DNA of 64,000 bases from Mobula hypostoma (lineage: Eukaryota), in NCBI RefSeq assembly GCF_963921235.1, contig NC_086108.1, forward strand, positions 74,898,001 to 74,962,000, written 5' to 3'. Numbering within the stretch: the first letter of the stretch is position 1; each line of letters begins with the position of its first letter. Positions 1-13,700 of the stretch are shown here, piece by piece. The notes beneath the pieces are model-generated. The model was not told the origin of the DNA and searched no databases. It was given only the letters and a program-made list of their open reading frames with translations. A program made the position numbers and the translations under genes.

Positions 1-1865
1 TTCTCTGTGATAATGTATAGCTTCTGTCATGAAGAAGTCCAGTAACAATCAAACAGATGTTTTCTATAAGATATTTCACTCTTTGTCACAGTGCACCATT
101 TGGTAAAGAAAACTGATACAGATGAATTTTCACTAGTGGAAAGTAATGGACATTTTTTTCATTAGTGGTAATGGTTGGATCAGTCACAATTAACCTTTGA
201 AGTCCTAACAGTGTGCACAAGTCGAATAGCTCATTAAATAAATGGACTCATTGTGATTACACATTTTCATGGTTGACCAGTCATTGGTAAAAGGTCAGTC
301 AGCTCTTTGATCAGAAAAAGAAACACAACTTGGATTTAATGAAAAAAAATCTTATGCACAGCTGCATTATCATCTCTTTTATTTTCAGAAAGGCTTGTGA
401 AGGAGGATTGGTGGAATGTGTGTACCCTCCATGTTTGCTTGTCCACTCATCACTGTGTCTATAATTGATACTGAAAGGAATCTTAGTAGCCCATTGACAC
501 ATATGAACTTATTAATTGTTGAAATATAAACATGTGACTTGAAATAAATAAGAAGAGGAAACTCAGAAGAAACTATTTTAAAAACAATACGCTGTTTTTG
601 AAAGTGACCATGATCCTGAAACTTTATGAGCAATTGATCGCATAGGTCATAATTGGATCTGAGCAAACCACATGTATTCTATTTATCTTTTTATATTGCC
701 CAATTTACTATTTTTATATTCCCTGCAATAACTTTCTCAAAGCTTTTACATTTTTATTGCATACTGCCTAGTCACTTTAGCAGGTCACCATGTTCAGAAG
801 CAGACTGCTAAAAGAACTTCAGTGAGAGTTTTCTTCATACTTCTGTTCTATCAGTTCTGTATTGGTTGGAATGATAAATTCAAGATAGAAGGAATGGAGT
901 TTGTCTGGGTTTAGAAAAATTTACACCTTCTGCAAATTTGAACAAAATCGAGCCGCATTTAATAAACATAGTTGACACAAATTACTCCTTTAGGGAAAAG
1001 GATTTTATCATAATTTAAGTACATTGAAAATACAAATCCATCTAACAAAAAAATAACCTTACTGTGTTTTTCCAAGTTAATTCTGAAAAAGGGATTATTA
1101 TGATTCAAGATATGTTGAAATAAGTATTTTCTTACATTCCATTGAATTGGTGATCTGCATTCCATTTTTTTTCAAAGAATATGGTATCAGTGCCTTTTAA
1201 ATGGGGCCGTTGGTAAGGTGTATAGTCTGGACCCTTTGAATCCATAGTCCATGGTCTTTTAAGGCATTTGATGACCTGGACTTAAAATGTGCTGTCTGAA
1301 GCACTAACCTACAAGAAGAGGTTAAATCCTAATAAACAGCTTAGTGGTCAGAATTTCAGAAACATGTAGGAAGTCATTAAAAGTAAGCCTTGGATCTAAG
1401 CATTGACTCTAACCATGAGTCTGACCTGATGAGACCTGGTTGTAGCATTATTTTTTTAATTCTTTGCTGGAAATCAGGAATTTTGCTTGTAATAAAATTT
1501 CCTATGGTATAAGCTCATTGCATTTGTCGGCATTAAGATTTTCAACCACATTGATATGCTAACATTGGAAAATCAATCACACTAAATGGTTTCTTACTTG
1601 TGGAGGGCTAATCCATGAATTTCTGATATGTATTCAGAGATCAGAACTATGGATGGGAAAAATTCTCCTAATCATTATTTTAAAGCAGGCATATGTACTA
1701 GCTGTCAAAAGCGCTCATGTTAGTGCAACACACAATAGTTACTGGCAGTGAAATTTCCAAACTCCCTGGATTAATTACCCACAGAACATCCAGGTTCTAT
1801 TATCTGTAAGTCCTTGAAACTATGCTGTTCAGAGGACCAGTACTCAAACAATATTTTTTGCCTTA

Positions 1866-2943
1866 CATAGTCATAGTCAGAGTCATACTTTATTGATCCT
1901 GGGAGAAATTGGTTTTTGTTACAGTTGCACCATAAATAATAAACAGTAATAGAACCATAAATAGTTAAATAGTAATAAGTAAATTATGCCAGTAAATTAT
2001 GAAATAAGTCCAGGACCAGCCTATTGGCTCAGGGTGTCTGACCCTCCACGAGAGGAGTTGTAAAGTTTGATGGCCACAGGCAGGAATGACTTCTTATGAT
2101 GCTCTGTGTTGCATCTCGGTGGAATGAGTCTCTGGCTGAATGTACTCCTGTGCCCACCCAGTACATTATGTAGTGGATGGGAGACATTGACCAAGATGGC
2201 ATGCAACTTGGACAGCATCCTCTTTTCAGACACCATCGTGAGAGAGTCCAGTTCCATCCCCACAACATCACTGGCCTTACGAATGAGTTTGTTGATTCTG
2301 TTGGTGTCTGCTACCCTCAGCCTGCTGCCCCAGCACACAACATGAAACATGATAGCACTGGCCACCACAGACTCGTAGAACATCCTCAGCATCGTCCGGC
2401 AGATGTTAAAGGACCTCAGTTTTCTCAGGAAATAGAGACGACTCTGACCCTTCTTGTAGACAGCCTCAGTGTTCTTTCACCAGTCCAGTTTATTGTCAAT
2501 TCGTATCCCCAGGTATTTGTAATCCTCCACCATGTCCACACTGACCCCCTGGATGGAAACAGGGGACACCAGTACCTTAACTCTCCTCAGGTCTACCACC
2601 AGCTCCTTAGTCTTTTTCACATTAAGCTGCAGATAATTCTGCTCACACCATGTGACAAAGTTTCCTACCGTAGCCCTGTACTCAGCCTCATCTCCCTTGC
2701 TGATGCATCCAACTATGGCAGAGTCATCCGAAAACTTCTGAAGATGACAAGACTCTGTGTAGTAGGAAGGAGTTGTAAAGTTTGATGGCCACAGGCAGGA
2801 ATGACTTCCTATGATGCTCAGTGCTGCATCTCGGAGGAGTGAGTCTCTGGGTGAATGTACTCCTGTGCCCACCCAGTACATTATGTAGTGGATGGGAGAC
2901 ATTGACCAAGATGGCATGCAACTTGGACAGCATCCTCTTTTCA
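1866..2943 (-). mobile_element. 5'-truncated Rex1/Babar-clade LINE (RT C-terminus + 3' UTR)
   Basis: Minus ORFs 2477-2968 (LQKFSDDSAIVGCI...LQLNVKKTKELVVD...YKYLG) and 2021-2392 (FYESVVASAI...SHPLH...SFLPVAIKLYN); AATAAA and a (TGACTA)n-like tail at 1866-1895. Confidence 0.9.
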
Positions 2944-4389
2944 AACTGAAGCTGAAACTTCCTATCACCTCAAGTACAATGTTCCATTTGTGAGATCAGA
3001 GTTACAGTCACTCTCAGATTCCCAGTCTCAGGATCATTCCGGATTGCTGCTGATTTCTGCCATATCTCACAGTTTCTGGCTCAGTTCTGTGACAGGAAAT
3101 CCACCGGAAACCATACTTAAGGAGAAGTGACTTTACTCCAAGCCCAAGGAGCAACAAAATGTAGACATTTGGTTGTATTGCAGGCTCCTCCAAAGTGCAA
3201 ACATTCAGATATTGCAATCATGTCCTTACAGAGATCTTCTTAATAAAAACTACCCAGAGTGCTGGAGCTCTGGGGGTTCTTTCTGCCCCGTGCACAAAGA
3301 ACACCTCTTCTGTAGGCGGTGCTCACCAGTAGCTTATCCAAATTCTTGGAAACCATGGGAGAGCACTCTTATTCTCCTTCCAACATTTCAGCATCCCTTA
3401 GTCCATCCTCAACACTCAGTAATAGCAGATTGTGGTTTGACCCTTTAAGAGTTGGATGCAAGGAATGTACCTGATGTGCTACAGGTTGTGAAATATGATG
3501 AATCAGAGAATCATTCAGCATGCAATCAGGCCATTTAGCCCAGCTCATCCACACTGACAAATGGGTACCCTTCCATATTTATCTCATGGTCCAGCACATG
3601 ATCCTAGTCATCTACACTTAACCCCTTGCACATCAATCAGGAACGTCGTGCCAAAATCAGCAATGTCATTTTCCGTGCAACATCACACAACTAAACTCAC
3701 AAATGTGTTCTGTGAAGTTCTTATTCTTTATAGGGTTTTCACATATAGTTTAAGGTGACCCACAATGCCAAAAAATGTACATGGCCATTTCTAGGTCTTG
3801 CATTATCCATCGTAACAAAAAAAAATTGTCTGCCCTTTCTTAATGCAGGATTTTTGTCTGGACATTTAACACGGAGTGATTGATTTCAATGGAGGCAAAG
3901 TGCAACATACTGAGCATGTATTGCTACTAACTTTGGATAAATTTCTATGTGCTAATCTTTTACAAAACAGAGACAAATGATAATGATAACTTAAGCAGGT
4001 TGAATAAATTCTGCATTTGGTAGGTGTCAAATAAGATCAACTTGTTCCCCGATTATTGGCCACACATGCAGCATAATTCAATACTTCACAATACTGTGAC
4101 GTCCATCAATAATATGTTATTAATGGCTTTGAACAAAGAACATTAAATATCCAGGGCATTTTAATTTACTTTGAAGTCCGTATATTTTCACAGTGTATTG
4201 CAGCCTACAGGATCTGGATTAAATTGCCCTCACATAGGCTGACAGGAGACCTCCCAGATCTGTCACTTCACACATGTGAATACTGAACTATGGATGCCTG
4301 TCACATTTTGTGGTGTTTGCATTCACTCAATTGCTGCAATATTTTAATTTTCCTCATGACCATTCTCTCAGAAGGTAAAGCTTCTAAAA

Positions 4390-5018
4390 CAGAATCAGAA
4401 TATCAGGTTTAATATCACTGGCACACATATCTCATGGAATATGTCATTTTGCAGCAGTAGTATATGGGTTTATTGTCTATTCAGAAATCTGATGGCAGAG
4501 GGGAAGAAGCTGTTATAAAAACATTGAGTGTATGCCTTCAGGGTCCAGTACCTCCTCCTTGATAGTAGCAATGAAAACAGAGTATGTCTTGGGTGACGGG
4601 GATCCTTAATAATAGATGCCGCCTTTTTGAGGCATCGACTGTTGAAGGTTTCTTCGATGTTGGGGAAGCTTGTGCCCATGATGGAACTGGCTGAGTCTGA
4701 AACTTTTTGCAGCTTTTTTGATCCTGTGCAGTGGTCCTCTATGCCAAACGGTGATGTACCAGGTGAGAATACTCACCACGGTACACCTGTAGAAATTTGC
4801 AAGAGTCTTTGTTGCCATACCAAATGTACTCAAACTTCGAATGAAATATAGCCATGATTGTGCTTTCTTTGTACTTGCATCAATATTTTGGGCCCAGGAT
4901 GGATCCTCAGAGATGTTGACACCCAGGAACTTGAAACTACTTACCCATTCCACTGCTGATCCCTCCATGAGGACTGGTATGTGTTCGCTTGACTTCCCCT
5001 TCCTAAAGTCCACAATCT
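4390..5018 (-). mobile_element. Rex1/Babar LINE, 3' part (split by a CR1 insertion)
   Basis: Minus ORFs with SSFKFLGVNISED, FYRCTVVSILT, SIIKDPRHP, SFFPSAIRFLN; (ATTCTG)n-like tail near 4390. Confidence 0.85.
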
Positions 5019-8000
5019 TGTTAAGAAACTGCAAGGGTAAAAACGCCACAATGGGAATCATATATAGACCTCCAAGTAGTAGCCAAGAGATTGAGATTGC
5101 AAAGGGAGCTGGAAAGGACGTGTAATAAGGGTGATGACACAATTGTAATGGGGGACTTCTACATGCAAGGGGATTGAGAAAATCAGGTTGGTATAGGCTC
5201 ACAAGAGAGGGAATTTGTTCAATGCCTACAAGATGGCTTTTTAGAGCAGCTTGTGCTTGAGCCTACTCAGGGAAAGGCTATCTTAGATTGGGTGTTGTGT
5301 AATAACCCAGATCTTATTAGGGAGCTTAATGTAAAGGAACCCTCAGGAGGCAGTGATCATAATATGATTGAATTCATACTGCAGTTTGAGAGGGAGGAGC
5401 ATAAGTCATATGTATCAGTGTCACAATGGAATAAAGGGAATTATGGAGGCATGAAAGAGGAGCTTGCCCAGGTGGATTGGAGGAGGATACTGGCAGGAAT
5501 GATGGATAGATAGGTCCTACAGAAGAAGTTCTCAAATGGCAGGGGTAGGCAACCGTTGTTGACAAGGGAGGTTAAGGACTGCACAAAAGCCAAGGAAAGG
5601 CCAAATAAGGTCACAGAAGTGAGTGGGAAGCTGGATGACTGTAAAATCCAACAAAAGGCAACTAAAAAAGCTATAAGAAGGGAAAAGATGAAATGTGAGG
5701 GCAAAGTAGCCAATAATATAAAACAAGATACTAAAAGTGTTTTCACATATACAGAGTAAAAGGGAGGTGAGGATTGATATTGGACCACTGGGAAATGATG
5801 CTGGTGAGGTAGTAATGGGGGACAAAGAAACAGCTGATGAACCTAATAAGTATTCTACATCAGTCTTCACTGTGGAAGGCTCTAGCAGTGTGCTGGAGAT
5901 CTGTGAGTGTCAGGGAGAAGGAGCAAGTACCATTGCTATTACAAAGGAAAAAGTGCTAGGCAAGCTAAACGGAATTAAGATGGACAAGTCACCTGAACCA
6001 GACTTGGACTAGATCCTAGAGTCCTGAGAGAGGTTGCTGAAGAGACAATGAAGGTATTGGTTATGATATTTCAAGAATCACTCGATTCTGGCATGGTTTC
6101 GGAGGACTGGAAGATTGAAAATGTCACTCCACTCTTTAAAAAGGGAGGAAGGCAAAAGAAAGTCAAATAGGTTAGTTAGCCTAACCTCAGTGGTTGGGAA
6201 ATGTTGGGTCTATTATTAAGGATGAGGTTTTGGGATACTTGGAGACGAATGATAAATAAATCAAAGTCAGCATGGTTTCTGTGAGGGAAAATCTTGCATG
6301 ACAAATCTGTTAGAGTTCCTCAAGGAAATAACAAGCAGGGTGGATAAAGGAGAGGCACTGGATGTCATTTACTTGGATATTCAGAAATCATTTTATAAGG
6401 TGCCACACATGAGGCTGCTTAACAAGATAAAATCCTGATATCTGTTATCTGTCATGTAGGGTGCCGTGCACATCCTGATTTGATGGAGACAGACGTGAGA
6501 GCACGGAGGAACATCTGGTGAAACTTCTGAAATGCCTGATTCACAGCCGCTGCTACTGTGTGATCCAGAATCTCTGGAGGGGAAGGCCCTGAGTCCTCGG
6601 CTTTGCTTGTTGCTTGGCGGTCGGGGTGGGGTCGAAGCGCTCGGCAGAGATGGTACTCGGTGCTTGGTGTTGGACGGTTGGTCGGAGGCTCGAAGTTTTC
6701 GGACGGACTCAGAGTCCGCTGCGGTCGGGTGCTTCCAATGGTGCTGCATCGGCGAGTTGGCGGCGCTTGGAAGTTCATGGCAGGAAGAGTTTCTCATTTC
6801 TACAGTCTGCGTGAGATGATGGGGTTATCGGGACTTGAGACATTTTTACCGTGCCCATAGTCTGCTCTTTATCAAATTATGGTATTGCTTTGCACTGTTG
6901 TAATTATATGTTATAATTATGTGGTTTTGTCAGTTTATTCTTGGTTTGTCCTGTGTTTCTGTGATATCTCTATGGAGGAACATTGTATCATTTTTTAATG
7001 TATGCATTTCTAAATGACAATAAACGAGGACTGAGTGTCCTCATAACCTAATCTAATCTAATCTAATCTAAAATCCTATGGCCTTACAGGAAAGATACTG
7101 GTATGGATAGTGGATTGGCTGAAAGGCAGGAGGCTGTGAGTGGGAATAAAGGGAACTTTTTCTGGTTGGCTGCCAGTGACTACTGATGTTCCTCAGGGCT
7201 CAGTATTGGGACTGCTACTTTTCACATTGTTTGTCAGTGAATTGGATAATGGAATTGCTGGCTTTGTGGCAAAATTTGTGGATGATAAAGATAGGTGGAG
7301 GGGTAGATAGTGCTGAGGAAGCAATGCAATTGCAGCAGGACTTAGATAAATTGGAAGAAAGGGTTAAAAAGGTGGCAGATGGAATACAGTGTTGGGAAAT
7401 GTGTGATAATTCATTTTGGTAAAAGGAACAATAGTGCAGACTATTATCTAAATGGGGAGAAGGTTCAAACACCAAAGGTGCAGAGGGACTTATGAGTCCT
7501 CGTGCATGACTTCCAGAACGTTAATTTACAGGTTGAGTCTGTGGTAAAGAAGGCAAATGCAATGTTGGCATTTATTTCAATGGGAATAGACTATAAAAGC
7601 AAGGAGATAATGCTGAAGCTTTATAAGACAATAGGTAGGCCACACTTGGATTACTGTCAATGGTTTTGGGCCCTATATCTCAGAAAGGATGTGTTGTCAT
7701 TCCAGGAATGAAGGGGTTAATATATGAGGAGCATTTGGCAGCTTTAGGCCTTTACTCACAGGAATTTAGAAGAACATGAGGGGTACCTCATTGAAATCTA
7801 CACAATGTTGAAAGAGCTAGATAGGATGGATGTGGAGTGTATGTTTCCTGTGGTGGAGGTATCCAGAACTAAAAGGCATAGCCTCAAATCTGAGGGGCCA
7901 CTTCTCAGAACAGAGGTAAGGAGGAATTGTTTTTAGCCAGAGAGTAGTGAATCTGTGGAATGCTCAGCCACAGGCTGCAGCTGAGGCCAAGTCTATGGGC

Positions 8001-8177
8001 ATATTTAAGGTTGAAGTTGATAGCTTCCTGATCGGTCAGGATATCAAAGGATAAGACAAGAACAGTGGTGTATGGGGTTGAGGGGATCCAGGATCAGTCA
8101 TGATGGAATGGCAGAGAAGACTTGATGGGCTGAATGGCATTATTTTGCTCTTATATCTCATGGTCTTATGGTCTTAT
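5019..8177 (+). mobile_element. Degenerate CR1 LINE (endonuclease C-part, RT, 3' UTR)
   Basis: YRPP, ILDWVLCN, GSDHNMIEF, DKSPEPD and KANAMLAFI-type fragments; (TATGGTCT)n tail at 8155-8177; interrupts a Rex1 copy. Confidence 0.9.
6437..7068 (+). mobile_element. Non-autonomous non-coding retroelement inserted in CR1
   Basis: TAAAATCCT direct repeat at 6428-6436 and 7069-7077; AATAAA followed by a (TCTAA)n tail; homologous to 55307-55965. Confidence 0.85.
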
Positions 8178-8540
8178 CTCTTCCTCGGCCTTACTGACAT
8201 TGAGTGCAAGGTTGCCATTTCAACACCACTCAACCAGCTGATCAATCTCACTCCTGTATGCATCCTTGTCACCATCTGAAAATCTGCCAACAACAGTTGT
8301 GTCATTGGCAAATTTATAGCTGGTATTTGAGCTGTGCCTAGCCACACAGTCATGGATATAGAGCAATGGGCTAAGCAGGCATCCTTGAGATGCTCCAGAC
8401 TTGACTGTTAGTGAAGGGGAGATTTTATTTCCGATCTGCACTCGCTATAATCTCTCAGTAAGGAAGTTAAAGATCCAGTTGCAGAGGGAAGTAGAGAAGC
8501 CCTGGTTTTGGAGCTTAATTACTTTAAGAATGATATCTAA
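8176..8540 (-). mobile_element. Rex1/Babar LINE, continuation of 4390-5018 (RT core)
   Basis: GASQGCLLSPLLY...YKFANDTTVVG...LVEWC and LCNWIFNFLTER. Confidence 0.85.
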
Positions 8541-10514
8541 TAGTGTTTTGCTGGTAGCTATCTTAAGCTTGTGCTGTCCATGTTGAACATTAGTTGTTGA
8601 GATAGTTGGTGGTGTTCTCCATGCTTTTAAGTATAGAAAATTGTAAGGGTCTGTGTTCAAGCTTCTGTTATGAACCATTGGTGGGTAAATCTCTGGTCCA
8701 GCAGTTATCAGCTCATAAAAATCACCTCAGGCATGACTACTTGCGAAAAGTGTTGATCTATCCAGGGCATAAACCTGCATCTATGTTTACATGAAAGGTG
8801 CCTTTTTAAAGCTTTAATTTATCATAAGCACTTGATGCAATTCTCAAATAAGCCACTTCAATGCAAATAGCACTATATAAACAATCTGCTTCAGAGGTTG
8901 ATATTTCTAGATCAACTGACAGAGAAATAAAAGGAGGTTAAAAATAAAGTGAACACAGAAGCACAAACTAAGACTGACAGCTCTAAATTTTTCGAATATT
9001 GTGTTTAGTCCTCAGGCAGAATTACTTCCTGTGAAAGAAGGCCATGATTAAAAGAAGTGAGAGAAAATAAATAAAATAAAAGCGAAGTCACTTCGATTCT
9101 TCTCAGGCATACTCTCTGACATTCTTGCCAAACATTTGTAAATTCAGAACATGTAACTCCTAGTTCTCAATTTCTTTTGTGAATTGTTAGGACTGGTTGC
9201 AGAGGACTGGGGTGTAAATTGATAAATAATATCTGGGAAAAGCTAACTTATATTCAGGTCCAGGACCCCTCTAGGCAAAAGCAACAGTTAATTCACAGGT
9301 AGTCTTGTATTAGTTTAAAGAGAGTATACATAGTAACTCTTATTTCTAATTATTTTTGTTCAATGTGGTGGCAATAATTTGCAGCCCAGTCACTTCAATC
9401 TAAACAGTCCTACATCTGCATTTTGGCTCAGAGGTCAGCACTTGCAGACTGGAGAATAAAGAAAGAAGCAAAATGAAAAACCAGTTGGGAGACTTCATAG
9501 CAAGGCGTATGAAGAGATTGATAACTAGAAATAAGTGCTATTAATCTTAAGAAATTCTGGGCAAATTTTCAGAGAAAGCCCCAAGGCAATCAAGACTGTA
9601 GACTGGAAATTGTTGTACTAAATGGCTGCACAGGTTACTAGTGTGGTAAAGAAGGCATATGGCATTTTGCCTTTATTGGCTCTGGAATTGAGTTTAAAGT
9701 TCAGTTAATTTACTATCAAAGTACCTATATGTCGACATATACAACCATGAGATTCATATTAGAAAAGAGAGGAGGAACTTGCCACATTCATTAAATACTC
9801 AAGCCACAACTAACAGCAGCTAACACAGTCTTGTTGCTTTCTTTTGTGATATAGTGGGTCACTCTGCTGATATCAAGACATCCGACTGGGCAGCTTCAGA
9901 GCTCAAGGCAATCTGCCCAGGCAAATTCCACATGACATTAGGGAGGAGGTGATTTCCCCACATTTCACTTGCCAAGATACTCTTTCCATGGTAGCCTCAA
10001 AAACAAAACTTCCGGCAGGAATCTATGATTGGGTGTGCCTGACATTAAAATAGAAAATGCTGGAAATGAACAACAAGTGAGGTAGAATTTTTGGGCAAAG
10101 AACCAGGGTTAATGTTTCAGGTTACCAACCTTCCATCAGAACATGGAGAAGTTAGAAATCAAGCATTTTTTCAGGTGCAAAGAAGGTGAGGGGTGGAGTC
10201 AGTAATGACAGTGGAATGGAAAAGAATCACCTAAGTTCTGTTAATGCATAGCTGGTTGACGAAAGATTTTATATTTGTCATTAGGCAAATTAACTTAATT
10301 GGATTCCACATCAATGCAACTTGAAATGTGCTTTGGTTGTAAAGTTCTACAACAGACCTAGTCTATTTTGTTGGAATCAACAAAACCAATTCAGACTCTT
10401 TCATTGGATACCAGCTCTTGGCAGTTGGTCCCTTGAAAATGCTGGGCGCTTCTGATTCTATCTTTTTCAACGTGCTTACAGTGCATTTTTATTTGAAATA
10501 TAATTGTGCAGATT

Positions 10515-10972
10515 TATAAGAAGAATACGGAAGCTTTAGAGAGGCTGCAGCTTTTAGTGAGTATGTCTTATGAGGAAAGTTTAAGTGAGCTAGGGCTTTT
10601 CTATTTAGAGCTAAGGACGATGGGAGGAGGCGATTTGAGATGATAAGAGGCATTGGTAGAGTGGACAGCCAGTACCTTTTTCCCAGGACAAAAATAGCTC
10701 ATATGAAAGAGCATAATTTTAAGGTGATTGGAGGAAAGTATGTTGGGCGGGGAGGAATTCTGAGATAGGTGTTTTACACAAAGAGTGGTGGGTGCGTGGA
10801 ACATGCTGCCAAGAGAAGTGGTAGAAGCAGATACATTATGGACGTTTAAGATAGGCACCCGGATAATAGAAAAATAGAGGGCTGTGTGGGAGGGAAGCAC
10901 TAAATTATCTTGGAGTAGATTAAAGGCTCAGCCCACTGTGCTAGACAGTTCTACAATCTATATTCTATGTTC
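10515..10972 (+). mobile_element. Old CR1 3' fragment
   Basis: Residual EALERLQ and FTQRVVGAWN-coding sequence; TTCTATG-like tail. Confidence 0.7.
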
Positions 10973-11322
10973 TTTTATTATGTGGAGTTACTCAAATCAA
11001 ATCACCTTGATTTTGCACCAAGTCCACCTGGGCACACACTGGCTCTTTGAAGGGAGTAAGCAGATAGAGAACAAAGTTAGTGTTAATGAGTAACACTTGT
11101 GGTTAAATCACATTTCAGATTATGAACTTCTGTTGTGTTTATAGCTCTTTCAGCACTTTGCATATGTTTACTTGATAGGGCACCAGCAGGTTTTGCTGAC
11201 CACTAGTCTACAGAACTTGCTCAATGCACTTCTTTCAGTTTTGTCAGCGTGATTAATATACTTAGATTAATCTTAAAATGAAATGACATTTTCAAAAAGT
11301 TCAATGGGTACCAACAAAGTCA

Positions 11323-11404
11323 AAGAAGGCAAGTAAATAATCTGAAGTAAAAGAAGGCAAGTAAATAATCTGAAGTAGAAGAAGGCAAGTAAACAAACTG
11401 AAGA
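11323..11404. repeat. 28-bp tandem repeat, about 3 copies
   Basis: AAGAAGGCAAGTAAATAATCTGAAGTA(A/G) at 11323 and 11351, with a diverged third copy at 11379. Confidence 0.9.
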
Positions 11405-13459
11405 AAATAATTGGGGTAGATTGAGTTTAGCAACAAGCCCATGTCAAGTTTAACATAAAAGATTGGGAATGAGAACAGATGATGAGAGAAAGGGGAGGAG
11501 AAATATAACAAGCGTAGCAAGTTCCCTGTTGTTTGAACAAAGTATTTCATTAGTTAGTCAAAAAAGGAAAGGAAATTATGAGAAAAATATATTGTTAAAG
11601 TAAATAGTAAAAGTGAAAGTAGTAAGTAAATGATTAGTTTGAGGTAACTGCAAACTCTATTCCCCTCCACCCCCACTTCTTCCATTTCATCAAGAAATTA
11701 AACCATCCTGAGCTGCTGGATGGACTGCGATACCTGCAGAAATTGCAACTGTTCACTTCAACCACAGTAGGGTTACTTCCAAGAGTTTTAATTTCAAAGA
11801 GTTTGATATTATAACCAATACAAGAAATGCGTTTTAACTGTACTGCATCTTTCTTTGCAGTCATGTGGGGGCCAGCCTTCCCCTTTTATTCATCATGTGA
11901 TGGACTAACCATTTGCTTCCATTAGTTTAAATTTCAAAACCTTCTAATAGAACTAGTGTATATTTTTGCAGTTTAGTTGCATGGACAGTAGCAATCAAAC
12001 ATCTTCCAAATCAGATTCCCAGGGGAAAAGATAAAATCAGTGTTATTTAGACTCCAGATTTTATTTTCATTTATTTTACTAAATGAACCAAAAAAATTGG
12101 CAATTTATGTTAGAAGCTGTATTGTTAGTGAGCATGCTTTGTACCACACAGAATGTTGCCTTTCATAGCAATTTAATTGCAATTCTCTAGCAAAATTAGA
12201 TAATTGGTGACTACATAGTCACTGATGTTATTAAGGAAAATTATTATATTTTGAAATTTCAAAGCATACTTAACATGCCAATTCCAGGGAATCTAATAGG
12301 CAAGTTTAAACAAAGTACAATATATTGTATAATAGTTAAATTTTGTTAAATAAGTTCCAAAGGAATTCTGTTTCTCAATCCTTAAAAGAAGTTTATAACT
12401 TTGCCTTATTGTTTTGTCCTGTTTCACATCAACAGTTGTCCCTCCATGAATTCTGTTCTGACTGAAATTAGGGACTAATGCTTTGGTCCTGAGCTTCTTT
12501 GATTTCTTGCTAGTTATGTCTGGTTGGAGAAGCACAACAGTGATAGAAACCTCAACCAAAAAGAGAAAATGATCGAAATACTGAATAGGCCAGGTAGCTT
12601 TTGTGGAGAGGAAAACAGGATTGCCATTTTAGGTCAATGAGCTGTCATCAGTACCAGAAAAATAACAAATTTTATGATTCAGGGAATGTGCCGAATGGGA
12701 GAATAGAACTAAAGAGGATGTCCATTACAGAGATTAAACAGATGATGTGATGACGATCCAAGGCAATGGGATAAACAATTAAAAAGTAGGTCAGGAAGAG
12801 GTGTCTTTTCTAATATTGTTGACCTCATTGTTGAGTCTGAACAGTGATATTGTTCTAGATTGAAAAATTAGACACTGTTCCTTGAGCTTACATTAAGGTT
12901 TCCACCAGTAAAAGGATGCTAAAGTGCTGTAGATCAGAGAATTAAAACGACAGGCCACTAGACCTTGGGATTACGTTCAGAGACCGAGTCACTCCATCTA
13001 GATTTTGTTTCCCCACTGCAGATCCCAAAACTTTCAGACTGGAAGTCTGGCAGCCATTTCTTCTTAGGAGCACTGGGGTGCCAATCGCTGATTTTACAAT
13101 TCAGCTTAAATATGGAGATTCTAATGCAGTTTACACTAACACTACCAGAATCTAGAGTCCTGATATGTGATCAGAATTAAACATGAAGCCCAACCAGAAA
13201 ATTTCCCTTGCAAGGTGGACACCAAATTTGACATCAAAAAGTAACTGGCTGGTTTGTGGAGGTGAAGTCAGAAGCACCTTCGGATGGATGATCAACCACA
13301 ATCATTTTGTGGAGTCAATATGATGAATGGCCCACTCTTGTTCCTATTTTCTGTCTCTCTGTGGTTTGGGAGTAGCAAGGCGATTTTTCAGAAAACAGGG
13401 TGAACAATCTATTCCTTCCCACATCCACAAGTATCCAGAAATAATTATCATCCTTGTAC

Positions 13460-13700
13460 TGTTGGGCTCCAGTTATCCCCATCAGGACCATTAGTTAGAC
13501 TATTGAAGAACCTGGAAACATGAGCAAAATATTCTTGTAGCACGTCTCTCACATTCCTGACAACTATCTGGGAAAGGTCATAAAACAGATGACCATTTAA
13601 AAGACTGGGCTGTGTGTGTGAGTTCTCACTCCGGAGGACACTGAAGAATGCTTTGCATTTCCCCCATGAGTGCAGTCCTGAATGTAATGACCCACCCTCG
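13460..13700 (-). pseudogene. Possible highly decayed Harbinger/HARBI1-like DDE nuclease remnant
   Basis: Ordered minus-strand motifs in mixed frames: DCTH (13666-13677), KCKAFFS (resembles NRKGFHS), FPDSCQE (resembles FPGSCHD), GDNWSP (resembles GDKGYP). The last two spacings are plausible; the first needs a deletion. Confidence 0.4.

Noticed and set aside
3173..3448. Cys-containing ORF as an exon
   Set aside because: No recognisable domain and no convincing donor site; may be an old repeat remnant.
6393..6860. Overlapping ORFs in a GC-rich segment as a gene
   Set aside because: They lie within a TSD-flanked repeat with a second copy at 55307-55965 where the frames are not preserved.
11323..11404. 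CRISPR-like array
   Set aside because: Units are contiguous without unique spacers, there are no cas genes, and the context is eukaryotic.
11634..12559. Minus ORFs 11634-11864 and 12293-12559 as exons
   Set aside because: No paired strong splice sites and no recognisable protein similarity.
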